A stretch of 64,000 nt of DNA, from contig NC_043006.1 in the NCBI RefSeq assembly GCF_006345805.1, positions 8,060,001 through 8,124,000 on the forward strand. Reading direction: 5' to 3'. A program made the translations under genes and the position numbers. The notes under the pieces are model-generated. The model worked only from the letters and a program-made list of their open reading frames with translations, made no database searches and was not told the DNA's origin. Positions 12,828 to 25,283 of the stretch are shown one piece after another (position 1 is the stretch's first letter; each line of letters opens with the position of its first letter). The DNA comes from Octopus sinensis (taxonomy: Eukaryota).

Positions 12828-13187
12828 GTATTAATAGAGGTCACAAAAATGACAGTCGGTAGTGACTAGCATCGCTTTTGCAAAAGATGAGGGTTAAAAT
12901 AGCTCAAGAGCCACAAACTTAGTCTTAATGACTGACAAAGAGAGTTACGTCATCAGTATACTAGCCGGATCGCGATTTCAGACTTGGATGTAAACCATCT
13001 TAATCCTCATCAGCTGCCTACATCAAAATCCGAAATCGCGGACCGGCTATGTGCGCTGGGCATTTACCTCCCTTTGTCAGTCATTAAGACAGTAAGTTTG
13101 TAGCTTTTGAGCTATTTAAACTCTTATCTTTGGTAAAAGCGGTGCGCTAGACAGTACCCTCTGTCACTTTTCTGACTTCTGTTAACC
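12828..13187. repeat. Fold-back inverted repeat (arms of about 165 bp, 26-nt spacer)
   Basis: 12828-12992 aligns to the reverse complement of 13019-13187. Confidence 0.88.
12962..13020 (-). ncRNA. Type I hammerhead motif, canonical core, decayed stem I
   Basis: taggcag-CTGATGA-GGATT aa GATG gttta CATC ca AGTCT-GAAA-TCGCGA-TC-cggcta; AUC triplet. Confidence 0.6.
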
Positions 13188-13261
13188 TTGCCTTTAGATT
13201 CTAATTATTAATAAGCCATCCTTTTTAATTTATTATACCACACACAACACATATATATATA

Positions 13262-13357
<96 letters not shown>

Positions 13358-13387
13358 TATATTATATATATATATTATATATATACA

Positions 13388-13650
13388 GTGGAGGCGCGTG
13401 GCTTTGTGATTAGGGTGTTAGCACCATGATCGTAAGATTGTGGTTTCGATTCCTGGACCGGGCGACGCGTTGTGTTCTTGAGCAAAACACTTTATTTCAC
13501 GTTGCTCCAGTCCACTCAGCTGGCAAAAATGAGTAATGCTGCGATGGACTGGCGTCCCGTCCATCTGGGGAACACATACTCCATTGAAACCGGGAAACCG
13601 GGCCCATGAGCCTGGCTAGGCTTTAACAGGGCGCATTTATTTATTTTATA
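13388..13650 (+). mobile_element. SINE family A, near full length
   Basis: Head, body and gggcgcatttatttatt tail. Confidence 0.9.
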
Positions 13651-14210
13651 TATATATACATATATATATATAAGACTTCACACCATGGAACATGTTTTCC
13701 GCATTCATTTTCTGATTTTTATCATAATAAAACATTTATGTTGTGACCTTTTGTTGGGACACCATCATTGTACGACTCAACAGTTTTATAATTACTTCAA
13801 TTTTATAAGATTTTAGTTACAACAAATAGGGAGTCATATACCTAGTGTTCATCTCCATCAAATTAACAATGTAAATACTTGAACACTTTTATGAGTGTGT
13901 GTTTGTGTGTGTGTGTGTGCGGCTGTTTGCGTGTGTGTGAGGGAGAGTTGGGGGTGTAATTATCCTGGTGGTTGTTTGTGGGGAAGTGTTTTCTCCTGTT
14001 TCTCAGCATACGACTTCCAACATAAAATGGATTGGAAAAAAATTACTAAACTCACTAGAAGATGCGTTAAAAACATCTAATTAAATTTATATTTAGGAAA
14101 ACACAAGAAAGGGAAATTAATTAAAATAGTTAATTAATTTCCTGACTTCAATAAGTTGTAGTTGCAAGTGATATGCCTACAACTCTTTCACCTCAAACAT
14201 ACATACATAC

Positions 14211-14276
<66 letters not shown>

Positions 14277-16329
14277 TATGCATGTGCCTGTGCACGAGTT
14301 AGTATCTACGTGTCTATGTCTTTACGTGTGTGTGTGTTTCCTTAATATATAAATTGAAATAAAATAGTGAACAGATGACAACTAATTAGGAATATTTTTG
14401 TTATAATCATTAATCTTATAAACCAAAGATATAGGCTCATCTTTATTGTATTGAAAAAATAATCAAGCCATGAGAAACTTGGTGTATAGTAATATGCATT
14501 TATACTCTTTGTGGGCTTGCAGTGTTGAAGTAATAAACTGTTTCAAACGGAAGTGAAATCAGAAAGTGTGTTTAGTTTACATGAATTTGAAATAAAATAA
14601 AGTAGGAAAGAGTCACAGTCAAGAATTAACTGATGGACTGCAGTGATTAGTATAAAGACCAATGTATATGATGTTGAACTTAAGCACAAAGCTTCATTTT
14701 GTAATTGGTGAGTTTTTTTATGTTTCATGATAAACGGCAAAGGTACTAAAATATATCTAGCCTGTAATTGGTGTTGATTTCGACCAATCATAGATCTTCA
14801 GTTTTTAATATCAGAAATAATGCATTACATCCATTAAAAGTATTACATTACACTTCAGATAATAACACCTTCTATCCCACTCAAAATACAAAAAATAACA
14901 AAGTAAAATCTTACTCTACAGTTCAAATGGGTATATAGTATCCTACACAGAATTCCCGTAATTAAAAGCATGATTAGAGCATAACTTTCTTTTATAATAA
15001 TTTTGGTGTGATTAAATACAGAACGCAAATTTTCATTTCTCCTTCACCTCACGCAAATAAACTTTTTTCAGTAAAAAATTTAAAGAAAAAAACATTTTTG
15101 TTTTGATTCTCTTGTGAAATGTGTTTATATCAACCCTATTATCTGTATTTGTGAAGGAGCGCAATGAATCTATATTATTTAACGTCAGACAAAGAACTAA
15201 TTTTTATTCCCTGTTGCGAGGCCTAATTAAATGTTTCCACAATATTTTTGATAAAAGATTCTAGATTTCAAATATTTTATTGTATTATAAAATAATAAAT
15301 AATTTCATTCATTACATTTTAGTTGGTGACAGAGAAAATTTAAACTTTTATTTTTAACTCTAGACAGTTAATTATTTTCAAAAATTTTCAAACTAGATAA
15401 GAACATTTTTTATTGCTAAATTTCTCGTATTTGTGTTACCTATCAAATTTTTAAAATTCTACTTTAGTGTATAAATATTTGATCAATTTGAATGGCTAAG
15501 TTCAAATATTCTGATTGTGGAAAAGAAAAAAGGGGGGAAATTTACCATCTGGATATGGAATTTTTTATTATTTTATTTATCAAGTCTGAGAAATAGAAAG
15601 TAACAAAAAAAAAATGATTTATAGACCTATTGACATTGATGCCAATTTGGATCTACTTTCCAATGATTTAGTTGGTTAATATTATGATGAATCGTGGAAC
15701 TAAATAAGTATTTATTTAGTAAAATGTCCCAGACCATCAACCCAGAACTCAGCACTTAAGAATGACATTGATAGCCGTGCAAAATATTTTCAATTAAAAA
15801 GTGTCAAGAGACAGAACACCTTATTACAAACAGAAAGAAACGTATTTATTCTTTCTTCTGTCAAGAAAAAGGTTGGATGTTAGCGGCTTATTGATTTTTA
15901 AGCCTAATAGGAAGAAAAAAATGTTATATCACTTCTCTTTTTTACTTTTCTCGAGTTTATATATCATGTTTTGAAATGTTTTTATACAATTCCTCTTTCG
16001 TTATAGGACTTATTTTAAGTTAGTTTTTTATCGGATTTCATAGAAATGTCAGATTTGATAGCTGCTTCATACAGTGGTTGGCGACACTTTATTTATTAGT
16101 CCCATATCGTGTCGAAGGATGAATATGTTTATTTCCTTCTTTATATTTACTGATGCAATTAAACTTTCTTTTGGCATAATTGTCTGTGAAATGAATGACA
16201 TCACATCTAGGAAAGAACATGTTTGAATAAGTCACTTTCTGCAACCAAACTATTTAAGAAGTAGATGTCAGAGAAGCAACTGTTGTCATTTTCATGTGGA
16301 TGCATATAGATAGATACATAGCTATTGAA

Positions 16330-16330
16330 T

Positions 16331-16370
<40 letters not shown>

Positions 16371-16371
16371 G

Positions 16372-16452
<81 letters not shown>
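16330..16452 (+). repeat. (GATA)n microsatellite
   Basis: Direct reading. Confidence 0.97.
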
Positions 16453-17254
16453 TCACATGTCTATAACAAAGACATTTTTTAACATTATATAGTTCGTGGT
16501 TAGCAAAGTTATATTTTATATTGTACGTCGATCAATAAGTTGAGTGTGACGTGCTGCTGATGTAAAGAGGTTATTCCCAAATATTAAATCAGATTTATTA
16601 ACTCCGTATTCATATTCAGATGCTACACATTCGACTTTAATGACAGAAAAAAAATACATACTGCGACCAGTAAACTACTACTTCAAATACCGATTTACGT
16701 ATTATTTTTTGATCTTTGTCATTTTTTCACGCATTACTGAAAGTATCTTCACATTGACGTTACCGACAGCACGACTACAAATCATGACTTTTTGACATAG
16801 GTTACTTCACCGACTTAATATAATAAATAATTCTATATACCAATAGAGATAAGCTCATTTCTTTCGACATGTTTGTCTCTGTCAGTGAATGAAACGTTAA
16901 TTCAATTTCTTATTTAGCTAATCAGTGTTTGAGCCCAACCCAGAAAATTAATGAAAAACTTGTACGTTAAATTAAGAGTCCGTATATTAATCAAATTGAA
17001 AACATTGTTTAACATTTCCGCATGATTCCCATTTAAATATAAACTATTGAAAGTAAGGTGCCTTTGTAGCAGATGCATCGATTATGCTGTTCAAAATTAC
17101 CTCTGTGTGGTGGTGGGGGGCGGGTGCGTCTGTGTGTGTGTGCAAGATACTGGCTCAAGGTAGCACAAAGTTGGGCTGTATCTGAAGTCAGGAGTTCGCG
17201 AGGTGAGCATATAAACCGCAACATCAAGCTGGTATCTATCTAAGGATATGTATA

Positions 17255-17930
17255 GAGGATGCGATGGGTAAATTATCGCCATTTTATACTTTTAATTTCG
17301 ATCATGCGCATTTTTTTTATTTTGATTTTTTTGACTACACAGTATAGTAGGGTCAGTTGGGCACCGTCTGTGAGAAAAACAGCACAATCACGCAATTCAC
17401 TCTGCCTGAAACTTGGAAGTGAATGCTGTATTGCTTGGCATTCGCTCCGAAAGCTCCAATACGAACATTTCAGAATGTTTGGGTGTCACTCTGAGGAGAG
17501 TGCAATTTGAGGACATGTACCGAGAGTGATAAAAATCAAACATCCAGTCAACATTATGGTGTTTGGAATGATCACTAAGGATGGCGATGTTATGCTGCCA
17601 TTCATCTTCCCACACGGTTTCACACTCAACAAAGACCTACATCAACTTCCTGGAAAAGATAGTGGTGTCCTCGGTCAAAGGGTGCCTACTAGAAGACCCT
17701 ATGTCTGGCAACAGACCTCTGCACCATGTCACACAAGGAGGAGAACCCAGTCATGGCTGTCAGACAATTTCTCCGACCACATCACCCCAAACATCTGGCC
17801 ATTTAACTCCCCAGGCTGCAACTCCTTTTATTATAATGTATGGGACGCAATTGAGCGAGAAACCAACAAAACACCTTGTAACACCAAAGATGAACTGAAG
17901 GCAAAGATTATGGCAGCATTCACCAATATA
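17255..17930 (+). mobile_element. Tc1/mariner superfamily (DD37D/maT-like) transposase relic
   Basis: ORF 17526-17945 reads KHPVNIMVFG..YVWQQTSAPCH..WPFNSPGCNSFYYNVWD, matching QQDSAPAH and WPPNSPDLNPLDY motifs; TIR-like 5' end near 17255. Confidence 0.8.
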
Positions 17931-18012
17931 TCTGTTCAAATGTGATGTTAGTGTTATTTTCCGTACCCTGTGTGTGCTGGTGGGGTGCGACTGTGTGTTT
18001 ATGTGTATGTAG

Positions 18013-18072
<60 letters not shown>

Positions 18073-18116
18073 ATATAATGTATGTATATATTTATATATA
18101 CATATATACATATATA

Positions 18117-18170
<54 letters not shown>

Positions 18171-18355
18171 TGAGATCGTGTGCTGGAACGAAAACAATTG
18201 CGGCGTGGGAGGTGTTTATAAGCAATTTAAGAAACACACAAAATATATCTGTTCAAATGTGATGTTAGTGTTATTTTCCGTACCCTGTGTGTGCTGGTGG
18301 GGTGCGCCTGTGTGTGTGAGTGTGTGTGTGTATGTAGATATTTATATATATAATA

Positions 18356-18387
<32 letters not shown>

Positions 18388-18520
18388 TATAATGTATGTA
18401 TATATTTATATATAATATATATATATATAATATATATATATATATATTTGAGATCGTGTGCTGGAACGAAAACAATTGCGGCGTGGGAGGTGTTTATACG
18501 CAATTTAAGAAACACACAAA
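17927..18520 (+). repeat. Local tandem duplication (units about 17927-18242 and 18243-18520)
   Basis: tatatctgttcaaatgtgatgttagtg..[TA]n..tttgagatcgtgtgctggaacg..aagaaacacacaaaa occurs twice. Confidence 0.9.
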
Positions 18521-18553
18521 AGCCGTTAGATTCACTTCAACATTTGAATTTAA

Positions 18554-18604
18554 TTTGTCAAAATATTTTCGTCGCTTTGAGACCGCGACCTGTTTACTGA
18601 CAAA
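18554..18604 (-). ncRNA. G3-C8 family hammerhead-like motif with a G5A lesion
   Basis: TTTGTCA-GTAAACA-G-GTCGC ggtctcaaa GCGAC-GAAA-ATAT-TT-TGACAAA. Confidence 0.55.
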
Positions 18605-18628
18605 ACTTCGTGCTGCATCTCACACACA

Positions 18629-18679
<51 letters not shown>

Positions 18680-19299
18680 TATATATATATATATAATATT
18701 AGGGAATAAATTATTATTCCAATGTTACAGGTAAAATTCAGTGAACCGTAATTTTAATAATATTAGACTGAATTTCGTAATATATAGTATATATGTATAT
18801 AACCAATTTAGAGACGAACCACCATTCCACATCTCAGTCAATGAAGAACCCGTCCAAAATCATGCTGTGAGACATATACCGTACAAAATACTAATCTAAA
18901 ATTTAATAATATATAATATTGGACATTAATATTATTACAATCATATAATATATAAAAGCAAATACTTTAAAATCACAGCGAATACCATACAAAGAGACAT
19001 TCATAAAAATATTAATCTAAAATCAAACAAATATAAATTGAACAATAAAAATTAATACAATAATATAATGTATAAAAGTAAGTATTTGTACATTGACTAC
19101 GCGCGTTTCGTGGCTGGATTAGGACTATATAAAATCATATAAGAAATCATATCCAAGTTTATTAGAGCGAAAAAATGATTTTAGTCCCAGATCAAATTCC
19201 TAAAATAAAAACTAAAGCTAAAATTTACCTCATAATAAGGCTTCCATCTTGTTCCTCAAAAAAGTCATCTATAGAAAATATGACGTCATCATCACGGCG

Positions 19300-19540
19300 A
19301 TACTAGTTCCCAGACAAGAGGTTTTTCATTTTAGGAACAAATGATGGTCAGATGGGACCAATTCAGGAGAATAGGAAGTGTGATCAACCAATTCAAAGCC
19401 TCGGTCACGCGCAACGATTATTGAAACCAAGGCCTTGTGTGACGGGGTGTTGTCCTGATGAAATAAGATCCCTTCCTTTCCTAACTGCCTCAGCAAGTTG
19501 ACATAGTACATATGAAAAGTGGTTAAGAGTCCTTAGAAAT
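19300..19540 (-). mobile_element. mariner (DD34D) transposase fragment
   Basis: ORF 19326-19511 reads ILFHQDNTPSH..GFELVDHTSYSPELVPSDHHLF, matching HHDNA and YSPDLAPSD motifs. Confidence 0.85.
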
Positions 19541-19742
19541 CAGAAATTATCGTTAAAAAAATAAATAATTTGGAAAAGGTACAGAAGTATATTTTTGAGA
19601 ATATTTAATGAAATATTACTGGTCTCGATGCATCCATCTTATCAAATATTAGAAATATTAGAAAAGAATTTTTGAGGTGAGTCAGAGAAAATAAACATTT
19701 TTGGAATGGTTTAACAGTTTGTACCCCAAAGTTGAGTCCTCA

Positions 19743-19802
<60 letters not shown>

Positions 19803-19889
19803 AGAGTTTACGAAAAAAACAAAAGACGAAGGCAGGTGGTATACAAAACAAACAGATGTATTAGTATAATGCTCATGAATAGAAAAAGT

Positions 19890-19925
19890 CTTTTACGTTT
19901 CGAGCCTACGCTCTTCTACAGAAAG
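19890..19925 (-). ncRNA. Minimal hammerhead-like motif with A6U core variant, in a short repeat (about 19800-19975)
   Basis: CTTT-CTGTAGA-A-GAGC gtag GCTC-GAAA-CG-TA-AAAG. Confidence 0.55.
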
Positions 19926-20590
19926 GGACACAGAAAAAACAAGGAGAGAAAAGAATGTGTGAAGTGGCTAACGATATATATATATATATTGATAAAAAAG
20001 GTTAAGACAACAAAAAAATGAAAGAGACCTCGATATTAAGTAATTAGAGGAATTTATCTGTAAATATATGTTACAATAATTCGGTAGCCATGATAAAACT
20101 CATATATACTTGCATGCGCACACGCAAACACTCTCACACATACATACATAAATGCTTACACACACACACACACACACAATTAACATTACTTGTAGAATGT
20201 TGTGTCCATTTCTATATTCAATAACATTTGAATTTTCCAAGCCTATAATGTTCCTGCGTCCACCTTGATAGCCTTTTATATATAACATTAATTTTATCGT
20301 GTCGATCAGGCTTGTCACTGCCAAATTAATTTATCAACAGCGAGAGAATATATTTTTACCATTCTTCGATTATAGTAAAAGAATTCCATCTGCATTTCCT
20401 CTATTGAGCGAACTTATATTTTCTATGCATTCATGAATAAATTCATGGACTGGAAAGAGGAAACAATAGTCTATACCAGCCGAATTCTAGTTCTGATAAT
20501 TCGACATCGTTAATAACTTTATAACAATCACTCAAACAATATAGTTATAATACATACCTTAACAGGAACCAAACCGAAAAGTCTTGAATG

Positions 20591-20648
<58 letters not shown>

Positions 20649-21514
20649 TAACAAATCATTGATATTAATGATTTTGAATAACGGACAGCAATATCTGTAA
20701 CAAATTTTTACGTCTTCCATTGAGCATGATCAACAGAAAATATCGATACAATACGTGCGCTGTTGTGTCCATTAAACAAAAAGGTCGCAAGAAAAACGAC
20801 CGCAAATCTAAAAACTAACGTGGAACTAAGTGTTGTCAGTTACTTTAAAATGTTTATACAGAAATTGCAAAATTCATAACAATACCGCAGAAACAAGGCA
20901 TCTACTGCAAGGCACTTTAAAGAAAAACTATGTAACATTCCATTTCAAAATGAAATATTAAACTACATTAGACACGAAGCCACAAAAACAACATAAATTA
21001 TGAAATGTCTTTTAATATTCTAACGTCATTGCGGAAACTGTAATGAAAAGCTGCATTGAATAGCTGTTCATTGAATACGCCGCAAAACTTGACACAGTCT
21101 CTCATAGCTCAGAACTAGTCATAAGTATGTTGCATTAACTTTCTAAATTTTACTTTCAACTTTTGAAATCTATTTCAAAAGACATTCTCTAGACACTTTT
21201 TTTATACGTGATCTCTGAATTAATCCTTGAGAATAAAGAAACTGGAAATGTTAGATATAAATAACATCATCTTGGAAACATATTTTATTTGTCGAATTGT
21301 CAGTAATATTGATAAAAAAAAGACATATTGAAATGTTACGTCAGCTCAACATGAACTTATTATACCTATTGTCGTAGTATTAATTCTATATGCTTAAAAT
21401 ATGCGACCATTATATATAGAATGAGAAAAAATATTGAGTACGTAGGTTTCTATTTATTGGCTCGGAGCTAAATTTTCATAGGACCACTACTTTAGTTTAC
21501 TGTCATATATTATA

Positions 21515-21558
<44 letters not shown>

Positions 21559-21656
21559 TATGTTATATGATATAAATATATATATATGTATATGTATGTA
21601 TGTATATTCAGATAGACAGAGTTGAGTAAACATATGAATATGTATATACATATATA

Positions 21657-22437
21657 TCTATATATATATATAAAACTCAACTTGTGTGTCTGTGTGTTTA
21701 GCTTCCCGGCACATCTCCTCCTAGTCAACAAATCGTAGAACGACCAAAAAAGGGTCGCTTAAAGTTTAGGCGAATGGAAATTGAACTGCGCCATTTCTGT
21801 TCCGAAATTCATCACGCAAATGCAAAAATCGATAATGTGTTTGTTTAGGCCTTATCCATGCATTGAATAGTGAACTTTACTCAGTCAGCTGTTTGACGTG
21901 AACTGTGTTCACCACGCGTGCAAGCATGTATAAATTGCATGAAAAATAAAAATCAAGATATAAAAACGAATCGCCGTAAACATTGTAGAAATTCGGCAAA
22001 GAAATGAATTTTCGAGATGTAGCCTGGAGGGTTTTCTCGTATTAATCGTTTGAACTTAGTGAACACATACCAATTGTTTTCATAACATTTTTAACGCTTT
22101 GAATTAAATGTGACCATTTTGTGTTGAGTCTGCAGTTTGAATCACTTTAACCAAATTTTAGCAGGTAGGATTTTTGATCATCACGATACATCGCCAGTGA
22201 CTCCCTGAAACTCTCCCCTGAAATCCCCATTGAAAAATACTGATCTAAAATAATAATTCAACAATGCAATTATTTGATCAACAAAAATTTATGAAACGCT
22301 TCTACGTACTTCCTATTGAGGAAATGGAACACATAAGTAGAAAAATAGAGGGCATTAAATGCTTGATTTTAAAACCAAAATAATTAAATTTTGATTGAAT
22401 TTCATCCCAGTTTAGCTTAATTCGGGCAATACTGCTA

Positions 22438-22438
<1 letters not shown>
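21657..22438 (+). mobile_element. Non-autonomous Helitron-like element
   Basis: A|TC start tctatatatatataaaactcaac; end cgggcaatactgCTAG|T matches the 3' end of the 30578-30975 element. Confidence 0.5.
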
Positions 22439-22498
<60 letters not shown>

Positions 22499-22774
22499 TA
22501 TATATACATTTATATATATATGTATATGTATGTATATATATATGTATATATACATATATAATATATATATATATATCAGCAATAATAAATCTCTGACCCA
22601 GGTATAAACAGTAACTGCACGACATCGTGAAGTATATTTGCCACTTAAATGTGGTTGCTACTGTAGCTTGTAGTCCCAGGAGGACACCTCCTCCAGCTGG
22701 CTATTGACACACATTCTGTGCCTATCAGTATTTTCCAAGGGAAGCCATCCTTCCCATCTTCAACCTGTATGATA

Positions 22775-22819
22775 CACACGGACTCGAGTTTCTGGGTATT
22801 GACCCGTCATCAGCGTGTG
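22775..22819 (-). ncRNA. Type I hammerhead ribozyme, canonical core, GUC triplet
   Basis: CACACG-CTGATGA-C GGGT caat ACCC A-GAAA-CTCGAG-TC-CGTGTG; 6-bp stem I, palindromic stem III. Confidence 0.85.
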
Positions 22820-22989
22820 ACAATCACCGGTTATTTTTTTATTATAGGCACGAGGCTTGATATATAGAAGGGACATACAACTGATATGCGGGGACATGAA
22901 GACCAATGAAAAATGATAAATGAAATGAGCATAAATATGAAGCAAATGAGACGGCCACCTCACTCCCGCTGCGAGATGAACTGTGAATA

Positions 22990-23092
22990 CCTTTACAATA
23001 AACTTTACAATTAGACTTTATGATTAAACATACAATTAAACTTTAAAATTAACTTAACAATTAGACTTTACAATTGACTTTACAACTACCTC
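22990..23092 (+). repeat. Degenerate ~13-bp tandem repeat (ctttacaattaga)
   Basis: About 8 decayed units by direct reading. Confidence 0.8.
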
Positions 23093-23199
23093 TAGTTTCG
23101 CTACAATGCGAAACTGTGACCTTTCCTTTCATTTAACCGTTCATATGTGTCCTTTTACCACAGAAAATTAAACTTTTTTCTCTTTTTCACAACTTTTAA

Positions 23200-24137
23200 T
23201 ACTTGTCCATCCATCAGTTCTTTTTTCATTATTTCCTTTTTGTTTAACATAATTTACAATGTTCATGTCCTTTTTTTTCTCTTTTGTTTCTCCACAAATT
23301 TATCATACTCACCATTTTTTCATCCTATCTGTTTTGTTTTTCTTCATAGTGTTTATTTCCCTCGATGTTTCTTTCATATTCCATTTCCTTGTTGTTCTAG
23401 TATTCCTCTCCACTGTAATTCGTCTGTCTGTATTTCTTCGCATTCTTGCTTGCCTGTATCTCCATCCGACTGCAATTCCCCACCTTTCTTCTGTACACCT
23501 TTGTCATACGCCTCCTGGCTCTTTTCCGCGATTTCCTTGTCGCTTTGCACCTCCTCCTCCCCTTCTGATATCTCTGTTATTAGTTCTTCTTCGTTTTCTG
23601 CTTCTTGTTGCATTCCTTCTTCCATACTCTTTCACCTTTTTGTTTTTGCTGTTATCGCTTACTTCTTTCTTTCATGCTTTCTGCTTTTTGTCTCTTCTAG
23701 TCTTTCTGTTTTCTGCCTGTTTTTCTTTTGCTGCCAGTTCTCTTTCCCTTTGTTCTTCCATTATTTCTTCTTGTATATCTCTTGTTACCTCCTTAGCTGA
23801 TTTACCACAATTTTTTTTATTTTCTGCCCTCTTATTCCGCACCTGTAACACCTTGGTGGCCTTCCTGTAATAATTATTTTCAGCCTCTCTCCTGTCAGCA
23901 TCTCTATCGCTTCGGGCACTTCCTTATAATATTCTGGGATTATGGATCCGATTATTTCAATGCCATACCCCAGAGGTTCCCGCATTCGGTTTTGCTTACC
24001 AGCTGAATCTCTGGGCTTCCTTTCTGCAGCTTCGAGTCAAAAATGGCCACTGTTACCCACTCAGGTTCTATCCATGGAGGTCCTCTTCCAACTTTATTTT
24101 TTATCAATGTCTTGGATCTTTTCCTTTTGAACGGCAC
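23200..24137 (-). pseudogene. Frameshifted gag/ORF1-like protein with damaged CCHC knuckle and K/E-rich tail (non-LTR retroelement)
   Basis: Frames 23952-24137 and 23785-23985 give ..EMLTGERLKIIITGRPPRCYRCGIRGQ (CxxCxxxxH-like), followed by acidic, charged low-complexity sequence. Confidence 0.55.
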
Positions 24138-24689
24138 ATATCAACACAATTTCTACTTAACTAAACGCTTTAAAACTTCGTATACTGGTAGAATTTGTCA
24201 AAATAAAACAGTTTTTCTCTTGGCTTTCTTGAGAAAATAGTAATTCGTTTGTTTACCGTAGTTTAATTTTTCGAATTTTAACCAATCAGTTGCCTCTAAT
24301 TGAGATAAAATCATTTGCTGCGTCTGAAACTGAGAGAACACCCTCACCCTCACTCTCACCCTCAGCCTAAATTTTTGCCTTTCGTTTTCTTTTTCTTAAT
24401 TGTTAAATTAATTTAAAGATAACAATTAAGAAAAAAAAACGAAAGGCTAAAACGAAAGCAATGGAAAATAAATTAAACAATTAACAAACAAAATTATAGA
24501 ATTAATTTGTTTGTTAATTGGGTGGGAAAATTTGGGAGTGCCTTGATTGTCGTATTTTGAATGGTCAGTGGCGGCTAGCAGTTGCTGTTCAATTCATGAG
24601 AATATTTCTATTGAAAGGTTTGTTTATAGAATTTGCGTAGGTGTTATACTAAAAAGCATTAGTGATAAAGTTAAGAAGTAGAAGGTGGA

Positions 24690-24890
24690 GCAGAGAAGAA
24701 GAAGAAGAAGAAGAAGAAGAAGAAGAAGAATATGATGATGATGATGATGATGATGACGATGTTCATGATGAAGAAGAAGAAGAAGGAGAAGAAGGAGAAG
24801 AAGAAGAAGAAGATGATGATGATGTTGATGATGATGACAATGATGATGATGATAATGATGATGATGAAGAAGATGAATAAGAAGAAAGAG
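24690..24890 (+). repeat. Compound (GAA)n/(GAT)n trinucleotide repeat
   Basis: Direct reading; explains the poly-E/D and poly-H/L ORFs. Confidence 0.95.
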
Positions 24891-25019
24891 AAGGGGGAAT
24901 ATGAATGATATATATATAGTTAATCCAAACATGAAAACACAAAGAGAAAACACAATAACGCGAGGACGTAGAACAAATATAGTATTATTGGATGCTCAGG
25001 AAAGAAGGGAAGAAGGCGG

Positions 25020-25054
25020 GTTTAAAGTTTCGAGCGAAGCTCTTCGTCAGAAAC
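25020..25054 (-). ncRNA. Minimal hammerhead motif with canonical core and mutated stem III
   Basis: GTTT-CTGACGA-A-GAGC ttc GCTC-GAAA-CT-TT-AAAC; the expected CG palindrome is replaced by CT. Confidence 0.6.
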
Positions 25055-25139
25055 ATAGGAAAAGGAAAGATCCAGAGAATGGGAGACGGAGGAAAAAAAT
25101 CGCCAACGTATGTATGTATGTAATGTATGTATGTATACA

Positions 25140-25283
25140 ACGGGCTTCTTTCAGTTTCCGCCTACCAAATCCACTTTGGTTGGCCCGAGGCTATAGTAGA
25201 AGACACTTGCCCAAGGTGCCATGCAGTGGGACTGAACCCGGAACTATGTGGTTGGTAAGCAAGCTACTTACCACACAGCCACT
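25140..25283 (-). mobile_element. SINE family D
   Basis: Reverse complement of the 10373 copy. Confidence 0.85.

Noticed and set aside
14765-14805. Minus-strand CTGAAGA...GGTC-GAAA
   Set aside because: Stems I, II and III do not pair; likely a chance match.
24662-24880. Acidic poly-E/D ORF
   Set aside because: It is a pure GAA/GAT microsatellite with no splice or domain context.
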